A stretch of DNA of 64,000 nucleotides from Geosiphon pyriformis uo1 (Eukaryota > Fungi > Glomeromycota), in the NCBI GenBank assembly GCA_016748015.1, contig JAAOMT010000198.1:232797-296796 (forward strand). The letters are read 5' to 3'. The translations under genes and the position numbers were made by a program. This document shows positions 54,201 to 64,000 of the stretch, piece by piece. The number at the start of each line of letters is the position of its first letter. The first letter of the stretch is position 1. The notes under the pieces were generated by a model that ran no database searches, was not told where the DNA came from, and saw only the letters and a program-made list of their open reading frames with translations.

Positions 54201-54590
54201 TCCATAACAATATTTTCTAAAAAGTAAAATAACAATTGGTTGTAAAAGTCAAAAAATCTGGTGAAATTTATTTTGTATATTAAAAGCTATATTAACTGAA
54301 ACTGTGAATTGTTGAATTAAACCAAAATCTTGGATTCTTCTTTTACTTTTGCTTAATTGTTTTCTGTTGTTGACTGGTTGTAAACCTGAAATGTTAATTA
54401 AGAATAAGTAAATTACTTGAACAATTTTTTCAGGATGCTTAATTTTGAATGATTTTTCAGTTTTATTTTGTAACATAATAGTAATATCTTTAATGTATTC
54501 TGTATTTATAACTCCTTTTCTAATATTGATTTTTTTGCTTGCCAATAATAATCAAAAAGCAATTTGGACTATTGTTTCTGGTAGTAAGTA
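51295..54590 (-). mobile_element. Ty3/Gypsy LTR retrotransposon pol relic: dUTPase - linker - RT - RNase H
   Basis: RT FFSTLNLKSKYWQV..MTFTT..YKFNVMF..LCNTPATF, IVYLDNTNI; RNase H AYLDFSRQFYLVTN, VYASKTL..KLEATAVIWVLKHF; dUTPase-like ORF 54249-54545. Confidence 0.9.
53581..54209. mobile_element. Solo LTR (629 bp) inserted in the Gypsy pol relic
   Basis: Termini TGTTATG...CATAACA with 4-bp TSD ATAT (53577-53580 and 54210-54213); removing it joins the dUTPase-side and RT-side sequence. Confidence 0.85.
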
Positions 54591-54619
54591 GAATGACCAA
54601 TTTTATACCAGTTATTTTA

Positions 54620-54719
54620 TGTAGTTACTTTGTAGTAAATATCAACTCTTTCTTAAATATTGTTTGTTTGAAAGCTTACTAAAAATGTGTAGTTACTTTG
54701 TAATAAAAATTAACTCTTT
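54620..54719. repeat. Two 32-bp direct repeats separated by 36 bp
   Basis: tgtagttactttgtagtaaatatcaactcttt (54620-54651) and tgtagttactttgtaataaaaattaactcttt (54688-54719). Confidence 0.8.
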
Positions 54720-55405
54720 TACAAAAATTTTATCTATAAATTACTCTAATAATTATATTAAAAAAATAAAAAAAAAATAAAAAAATGTAAAAGAATTGAA
54801 ATTTTGTTAAGAGAATTGTTTTCTATTTAAGTTTAGAGTCACTAATAAATTACTAAAATTGGTAGCTAATTAATTTCAAAATATTAGTTGTGTTTTGAAA
54901 AATATTAAGTGTAAATATTTTAAGAATTTGTTTTTAAAGTATTTTATTTTTAAATTGTATTAATGAAGATAAATCTAAAAGTAAGATACATTTTCTCAAA
55001 AAAAAAAAGCTCTTTTTTTATACAACTTGTTATAGTATTAGTTTATAAACTTAAACTTTTTCTTTATTATAATTTCGATAAATTAAAAATATATTTTGAC
55101 AAACTACAAATTGTTTTTACCAACTATAAATAATTTCAGTAAATTATTATAATATTTTACAAATTTCTACAAATTTTGGCAATTTCTTAAATATTATAGA
55201 GTTTGGAATATTGTATAATCTAATTATTACAATTGTGTATCATATAAATTGAATTATTAATTGAATCATGCTTTTTGATAATTTGGTTAAATAATAAGTA
55301 ATAATTGAAATGATAATAATATATGCTAATTAATAATAGAAATTATAAAAGTAATTTCATGTTAACTACTAACTAAAATTTTATTAGTAATATTAAAGAA
55401 CATAA

Positions 55406-58400
55406 TTTTGAAAAAAAAAAATTATTTTTTCTTGATTTTTTTCCTTTAATATTTTTTAACTCAATAATTTTTTTGTTATGGATTTGAAAGCTGCTTTAAA
55501 TGGTAGTATATTTAAAAAAAAAAGTATTTAAAAGAGCTTTTTATAGTCCTGCTAGTGGCTTTTTTTTCAAAAAAAATGAATTGTTTTTGATAATATTAAG
55601 TATTCTAGTAATAAGAAAGACATTTTTTTGGCCAAGTCTAATTCTGATAATAGTATATTTTCGAATATAAATAGTAAGTCTAATGAAGGTAAAATTAATA
55701 ATTCCATAACTGATATTGATAATAATTCTCGTCTTGATTTAGTTGTAACAATTCTTAAAGCCAAAAAAATAATGTCTGATGTAATTTATGATTTTTTTTT
55801 TGGTTTTTTTGATTTCAATATGAATAAAAATATTGGTTTATTTTTATTTTTTTCAATATTCTTTTGGACAAAAAATGAATTAATTCCAAAATAGTAAAAA
55901 CTTTAGTTAAAATTGCCATTAAAAAATTCGTTGCTTTGAATATCAATCTATTAATGATAAAAAACAAATTAGCAATGACTAAAACTCAAGCAATTAGAAA
56001 AATTTTTTTATTAATCAATGGTTTTGAGAAAGTTACTACTTTCTCAAAATTTGAAAAGATTATCAAATTAATATTTACATCAGAAAAAAGCATAAAAAAG
56101 ACTTTATTATTGGCTAAGAAAAAGAAATTATTATAAACAATAATATAAAAAGACAAAAAATTAGGTCAAATTGGACTGTAATAATCAAAAAAAATTCCAT
56201 AAACATGTCAAAAAAAATTATTATCACCACAATATTTAAATATGACTAAATTGTATCAATTAAATTGTGATTTATTAAACTATAATAGAAAACTGTAGTA
56301 AAATTTGCCAAATTAAATTAAATTAATTAATTAGTATTTTAATAATCATTTTTAATTAGTAAAAACTCAATATGTATAGCCAAAGTTATAAAAGACCATA
56401 ATACTTGAATGTCTAAAAATTAATTCAAAGCATTTTTGTTTATTCTTCTCATAGAAACAACTGCTTATGATTTTGGTAATCTATTAAAAAAAATTGGTAA
56501 AAAAACTTGTATTATTAATTAGTTATTTAATACTAATAGTAGGATTTGCTGTGTTGTGCTGTGGTTGGTTTTAAATCTAATAAGTAACTAGAATCTGTCT
56601 TTTGTACAAAGCTTATTTTGGATAATATTAAGTTTTTTTGGACTAAATTAAATTTGATTCAGTATAAAAAATGTAGGTATTTTGAATATTTTTTTCTTAA
56701 ATATAACTTATTTGGTTTCCTTGTTTCAGTTCAAAAAAAAATTATAAAAAGTTTGTTTTAGATTAAAATTATCTTCAATTTGCTCATTTTTATGCAAAAA
56801 AAATGTGACTATTTCCTGATTTGCTGCTTTTGATAACAAATTTTGGGTTTAAATAATGTTTCTAATAGTTAGTTTTTATTAATATTTGTCTAGTTTTTTC
56901 TCTAAATTTTCTCTCTTTAATACTTTACTTCTAGACAATAAGATCTCTGATTTTCAAAATATGTTTGTAATTGGTGATTGGTTGGCTTCTTTAAAATGTT
57001 TTTTGGAGCTCTTAGCTAACCAAGTGTCCAATATTATGTATAGATTTAGTAATATGAACTTGGTGCTATTGGTTTTATTTTTTTCTACTTTTATTTTAGT
57101 TAATTCAATAATTATGAATTTGAACTTGATTTTAGATATAGTTTTAAATAACTCATAAGTATTATTCTCCCCTTTTTCTTTAGTAAATGCTAAAGCTTTA
57201 GTATTGGATCCAAGTAGTTCTAAGATTTTGACTATTAAAGTAGGCAGTCTGGAATTGAAAATAGTAGCTCTTGAGGTTTTTGTTAACTTAATTCTAAAAA
57301 AATTAGATCAGTTGTATACTGGCTCAAATTTTTTGGTGTATCTTTTATTTTAATGAATAAGTTTATTTGAAAAATAATAACATATAATGTCAAAAATATA
57401 AACAATTTGGCAAAACAAAAAAACATTGTTTAATAATATATAAATTTTAAGAATATTATATTTATTATAATTAAAACTAAACTTAAGTTAAGTACCAAGT
57501 CATAAATAAATATTAAATTTAGTGGGATCCAAATTTTCACATCTGGTTTGAAAAATAACTCTTTCAGAACTGGTATGACTATTATTATGAACAATTTTTT
57601 GGCTTGTTATATTACAAATATGAAAAAAAATTCTAATCAAATAATTTTAGTTTGTTTTTTGTTCAAGAGCAAATTGTCAGTTGTGATTTTGGGTTTGTAT
57701 ATTAGAACATCAATTAGAACTAGATTTTTGTAAGCTTTTAATATTAACTTTTTTATTTTTAAAACAAATATTTCCAGCTTATTTATAATTTTAAGTGGTA
57801 ACTTTAATAAAAATAGTTCTAAAAAATGTGTAAGTCTAAACAAGTGTCTAAATATGAGTTTGGTAAATTTTTTAGATAAACATTTTTTGGTTAAATGTTT
57901 CACTTGGCACAATTCAAAAGGAGTTGAAAAAATTATTAATTACATTTTTTTGAGTGAAAATCTGCTGTCAGCTGTTATAACTTGTAATATTAATTCTGTT
58001 TTTAATTTTTTTAATATTGATTACAAGGCAGTCTTAATTCAAATTGGTTTAAAAGACTTATTAGATGTCCATCTAAACATTGCTCACAAACAAGTCAATA
58101 AAAATTGCTAGAAATTTAAAACAAAGATACAAATAATGCCAAATAAACAAGATTTAAGAATTGTTTTTCTGTTAAGCTTTCAATAATACAGAATGAGTTT
58201 TCAAAAGCTAAAAATCTTTAGAATTTAAATACAATATGAAGAGTTTTGAGTGAAATAATAATAAATACAGCTAATAAAGTATTTTTTAAATATTGGTATA
58301 GTGAATTTAATTATTTAAAAACAAACAGTTTTCAAAATTTCACAGGCTAAAATTATTGGTTTTTAAGTTGTCTAAGATGTTAAGCTTAGACAATGGACTA

Positions 58401-61400
58401 GAATTTGATTATTTTATTAAAATATAATTATCTGTTAATAATGTAAAATCTTTTAAGATTAGCAGCTTAATTTAAAATAGTACAAATTTTGTGAATATAA
58501 TTAAACATTTGTTAATAATTAAAAAAAATTACTATAAATCCAAGTACTATAAGTTTGAAACAGCTAAAAATATAGTTATTAGAAATATAATTGAGAAATA
58601 CATGGAAAATTTCAGTTCCAATAAGGATAATATAATTAAAAGTATCTTAAAATAACTATTTTAGAAAATGGTTTTAAATTATCTAGTAATTAAGAAAAAA
58701 TTAGTTGTAAAGCCAAATGAGATAAAGATTAGAATTGATATAATCATAGAAGGTTAAACAAAAAAGCATAATATTTTTTTAGTTTTGTCTGATCTATAAA
58801 TTAGTTAATATATGCTCTTAGAACATATAAGTAAAGACATTTTTTTGACATAATAAAGACCATCAGCTTAAAAGATTTGACTTTAGTAATTGGTAGTTTG
58901 CCTAATAACAAAGCTGCTAACTTGTTTAACATAACTAATAAACTTTAAAAACATTGTAATATACAGTAGTAAATTGTTTATTGAATCTATTAAACAATTG
59001 TCTAATTCTTGGTAACATTCCAGTTTTTTGAAAGAAAATATGAGTTTTAATAATTCCCAAACCATATAATTAGAATAATATTTTGACAAACATAAAATCC
59101 ATAGCTTTAATTGAAATAGCTAAAAAAATTCTGTTAAAAATTTTGTCAAATTGTATTTTATCTGTTTATAGCAAGTTTAATGTTTTCTATAATAACAATT
59201 TCTCAATATTAAAGAGTACTTTAACTCAATTTCTAGTGTTTGCTGTTAGTTTTATTGTAAAAAATGCTTTAAAAAAAGACCAAAAGCTATAATTGGTTCT
59301 ACAAAACATGCATAAAGCTTATAATTTAGTTAGATAGCACTATTTAAAAGCTTGATTAAAATATATTAAAATATATAATAGATTTATTTGATTTTTTTAG
59401 TAATATATACAAAAACAGAGTTAATAAAATAATAACAGATTTTGGTTTTTCAAATAGTTATAAAATACATAATAGATTAGATTAAAATAAAGTCTTTTTA
59501 TTATTTTTTTGGAAAAAATTTTACAATCTTTTATTATATAAGGTCAAGAAACAAAAATACTTGTGTGGATATTAAATTAATGCCAGTTTGATGGTTAAGA
59601 TAAACAGAATAGAAATTAATAAGAGAAAAACTTTTTTTTTATGACAGGTGTTTTTGTAGATAATACTATTTAAGTAAAAAATAGTCAAGCTTTAATGCAA
59701 TACATTTTGGATCTGATTAATCAATGGTTTAAAATTAATAATATTTGCATTAACAATAAAAAAACAGTTGCAATTCTCATAAACCAAAAAGTTGTAGTTG
59801 TTTTGTTACATATTAGTAACTAATTTATTTTTATTGTAAAATATAGAAAATCTTACAGATATCTTAGAATTTTTTTATCAACAAATGATATGTCTAAGCC
59901 AAGTTTTGCCAAAACACATTCTAATATTAGATTTTTCTCAAACTTGGTATTCAAAAAGACTTTATTAAATAAGCAATTTTCATACTTAGTTTTAGCAGTT
60001 TTGCAATCTATAATTAGTTACTAAATACAATTCAGTTTTGTGTCCAAAAGTGTATGTCAAAAGTAAAATGTTATGATTAGAAAAAAGCTTAAATCTAAGA
60101 CTAATCTGCTAAAAAACTTTTTCAATAAGACTCTGTATTATTTATTCTTGTATAAACTAAAATTTTTTAAGCAGATATAAACAAAAGGCAAAATGACTTT
60201 ATTAATCTGGTTTTTTAATACAGTGGGTATTTTTGGTTATCTATTTATATATTAGTTTTTAAATTTACAAATTGTAAGTTGAATACCAAAAAACTCACTA
60301 CAATTTTTTGTCAAGTTGAAAATCAATTCTGCAAATAATTTTTTAACAGGTTTAATAAAAATACTTTTGGACAACAATATGTTTTTGGCAAATAAATTAC
60401 TTTGTGTATTTTGTTTTCTTGGTCACTTTTTAATGTTTGATATTTTAGATAGTTTATATTATTTCAATATAATTCAATCTTTAAAGCAACTTGATATTGC
60501 TTTTGGTAATTAATTTTTGAACAAATATGGTTCAGTTATGGATTGAAAAACTTTTTATTAATAAAAAAAATTAAGTTTAAAAGATTTAGTAGCAGCATGG
60601 TTTGTGAAAACTTCAATCTACATAAATAATCTTTCTATTAATATTATGAAATACAGTTTTAACTCTCAAAAAAATTTTTGGATGTTTAAAAATATTTACA
60701 TAAATTATAAACAGGAAAGATTAATATGTATACTAATAGTTTATTAAGTAATTTAAGTACAGTAAATATAACAAATAGAACAGCAGCATATTTTTTTGAA
60801 GTTGAGATGGGTTTAAGTGTTAAAGTTTCTGGTTTGTTGTCATTAACAATAGCTAAATTACAAGTTATTGCTTTAACTTTGGAATATGTTCTCTCTTTTT
60901 GCTTAGTGGTTTTGCATATAAACAGCCAAGCCACCATAGATATATACATATTTAAGCTTGTGTTTTATGTGTCTGATTTTAGAAACAAATACTGAGTTAA
61001 AAAGTAATATGTAACCAACTTAATAAAATCTAAAAACACTTCTGTTACATAAGTAAAAGTTAAAAGCTATTTAGAGAATATTAACAATAACAAAATCAAT
61101 ATTTTTGTAGGTGATATAATACAACTTTGTATTTTTTTACTTACTGGCATACATAAAAGATTTATCTTAACAGATGGTTCAATTGTTTTAGGCAATACTT
61201 ACTATTTTGTTTGCAATATCTATTAAATAGTTAGTTGGGCTCAATAAGAAACAGATTCAGGTATTAGAATTTTGAAAGAGTTTTTTATTTAAAACATTGA
61301 TTGGTATTGTATTACTTCAGTTTGGCATCCTAATTTTTATATGCTTTCTGGCTTTACCAACAAACTTTCAATAGTTTTTCACACATATTTAATAAAAACA

Positions 61401-62152
61401 GTACATAAGAAACTGCCAACTATAATCAAAAAAAAATTGTTTGATAAGAAGTATTTAAGTGTATTGTGTTTATTTTGTGGTAATATTGAGTTGTCTAATT
61501 ATGTTTTTACTTGTTCAAAAGATGTTTTATTATATTCTAAAATTTTGTTAAATTATGCTAAGTTGTAAAAGTCTTTGGTAGAAGCTTGTTTTTTATTAAT
61601 CTTTTTAATATTATATATTCTTTTTTTAGAAGTGTTTAATATTAATATTTATGAGATTTTGTCCAAAGAGTTTGTTTTTAGAGATTAAATTAATGAAGCA
61701 GTTTTAAGGCTTAAGAATAAAAAAAAGGCTTTAATAATAATAACTAACTTTATTCAATATTTTGCTAATATATATTATAGTAGAATATGGAATTTTAGGT
61801 CAAAATATAGGGCTAATATGAAGAAAAATGGCTTAATTAAAAACATAAAAATAGTACCTAAAGTATATGGTGATCTATCTAGCTTTTTTTTAGCAGGAGT
61901 GGTTTATTTACTTGGAATTTTTGAATCTTTTGCTGTTAATTTTGGATTATACAAGACTTGTTTTTTTTTTCAAGGTTAAATAATAGTTTAGAAGTCAATA
62001 TGAATATATAATGTAATCTTGATTGGCTTAAATGACTGATTATATATAATAAGCACATGGGCCATATTTAGTTTAAATTACTTAGTCTGCTTTTATATAT
62101 TAAATAATAATTAGATTATATTTGTTAATAAAAATAATAATAATAATAATAA
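55406..62152 (+). mobile_element. LINE copy F, near full length, heavily eroded; ORF1 ~55478-57356, ORF2 57353-62011
   Basis: MDLKAA at the ORF1 start; TNIKSIALIEIAKKIL, LQNMHKAYN, VFVDNTI, MYTNSLL, VLCLFCGNIELSNYVFTC; 3' UTR and (TAA)n tail. Confidence 0.93.
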
Positions 62153-63306
62153 ATATAAATTTTTACAAAACAACATAAAAATTCAATAATTTTTTACAAA
62201 TATTTATGCTTACTATATATATAAAAACAATTTAAAAAATTTACTTTATTTTAATAAAAATACAAAACACTAAAATATTTTTGTTGTATAATTATTTTTA
62301 AATTACAATAAATAGTTTTTTGTATATTATTTTTATAATATAAATAAAAATCATATGTAAATTAGAATATTATATTAAAAAAATACAAATTCGATCAATA
62401 TTTTTAATTATAGTTCTATTAATAATCTTAATATTAAGTATTTTTAAACACTATTATATTATTAGTTTTAACAAATTTTTTTAAACAAAAACAAAAAGCA
62501 ACAAAGCTAAAAAGCTATATTTCTAACAAGTTTATTAACATATTTATTATCAAAAATGGCTGAATATTAATATTATTATAAATATTAAAATTTAAATTAT
62601 TTTATTTATAACCATTTTTTTTGGTTTAAATAAATTATTTTTAAGTTATTTACTGTATTTAAAATTATTATAAACTGTTTACCAGTTTAATTTTATATGA
62701 TTTAATCTATTATGTTTGTTTTATTATATTTAATAAAATTTTTAATTTTAATTTTAATTTTTTAAAAATTCAAATATTAACATTAATTTGTTTAATAATA
62801 TAAGTTTTTATTATTGGCTAATAAAACCAAAATTAAAAAACTGGTTTTTTTTTTGGAAGCTTAAATCAAAACTTTTAATAAAGTAATAACTAATTTGTAT
62901 AAAGATTTTGCTAAAGCTAAAGAAAATTTTGGAATATACATGTTAAATAAAAATAATATAAATGCTAAAAATAAATTTTCTGTAAATAACATTTAAATAT
63001 ATGATTGCCCTTAATTCTAATATTAAATCTAACCAAACTTTAAATAAGTGAATTTGTTTTAAATAGCAAGAATTTGAATTATTTATATGTAAAATGGGTG
63101 CATTGGAATTGTTCTTAAATTCTCATTTAACATAATATTAAGTTCAAGTGGCAGGTCACGCATGATCCATGTCTATAATGTAACTAGAATAGCGATATTC
63201 ATATTTTATGTAAGAAAAAAACCGTTTCCAAATGTATCAAGTATCGAATTTGCAACTTCAGACTATTTTCACCTTAGGCGTCTGATTTGTCACTAGAACT
63301 AAAATT

Positions 63307-64000
63307 TTATCGCATCAAAACTTCAAGACGCGCGAGGGAATTGTATGTGTCTGTGGGTAAACTGATGGAAAAAAAATACTTAGCAATTTATTCCGAGAAA
63401 ATAAGTATTTACAAATATACCTCTGCTTGATTAATCCAACAAAGGTCATCAGACTCCGAGCTTTCCGTTGAATATTTTGCATTTTCTAAGAAAGAATAAA
63501 ATCGAATCACAAATAATTCACAGCGAGGAAACAATAAATTACACTCACGCTATAGTTATCATTGTCAAAAAGTAGACCCCCAGGCGAGGCTTTCATTTTT
63601 AGCTGCTTGTGGTATTCGTACATGGATTCCATAGTCAGCACCATAAGATCCGGGATATTACGTCGAAGTTCTTTACTTGCGGTGTAAAGTTCTTGATTTC
63701 GTTTTGCCATCCCAGCCAAATCATCATCGAGTGGGAAGATATTCAGCTCTTCTATAAACTTCAAAAAATTTATGTTTTTTTATACTTGGACCAAAAAGAT
63801 TTTACAGGGAGTTTTTTCAATTACAAAAATTACCTCCAAGGCCTTAACATAATCTTTTTGGTTGAAATATCTCACAAAGTCTGTCAGATCCATAAGAAGT
63901 TCACAATCTCTGACCAGAGCAGTTCCGGAATGGTAAAGGAGGTGATCCGTTTCGTATTGTTGGAACTTTCGCTTAACAAATGCAGGATCCAATTCGGAAT
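63307..64000 (-). CDS. NIC96: Nucleoporin Nic96/Nup93, 3' part (gene starts beyond the window)
   Basis: ALE|FIEELNIFPL, LRRNIPDLMVLTM, QRKARSLMTFVGLI..LPTDTYNSLARLEV* matches the Nic96 C-terminal pattern. Confidence 0.85.

Noticed and set aside
54620-54719. CRISPR-like geometry (32-bp repeat, 36-bp spacer)
   Set aside because: Only two repeats, eukaryotic TE context, no cas genes.

Overview
Eukaryotic, intron-rich, AT-rich fungal DNA. Gene style and repeat content fit Glomeromycotina/Mucoromycota; the retroelement peptides remind me of Geosiphon-like genomes, which is inference only. Three gene islands are present: 1-7.5 kb (PMC1-type Ca2+-ATPase, PUS4/TruB, PRP38); 37.3-48.4 kb (BET5, MHR1/mL67-like, YIP1, DBR1, an unknown S/N/P-rich protein, DPM2); and 63.3-64 kb (3' end of NIC96). 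Two blocks of decayed retroelements separate them (~7.7-37.2 kb and ~49.4-63 kb). These blocks hold four near-full-length and four 5'-truncated copies of an RNase H-containing LINE family, an ORF1-only (HAL1-like) element sharing the LINE 3' tail, a dUTPase-bearing Ty3/Gypsy relic and LTRs. No retroelement copy is intact. Main signals: (1) repeat-restricted C>T/G>A hypermutation that erases CpG and TpC/GpA but spares ApC/GpT, unlike canonical CpA RIP; (2) a conserved, covarying 3' UTR RNA structure shared by the LINEs and the ORF1-only element; (3) a conserved ATGA ORF1/ORF2 overlap and an ORF1-swapped mosaic LINE; (4) four GC-AG introns among about 42; (5) a 5x28-aa repeat inserted in Dbr1. 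All alignments and counts were done by hand.
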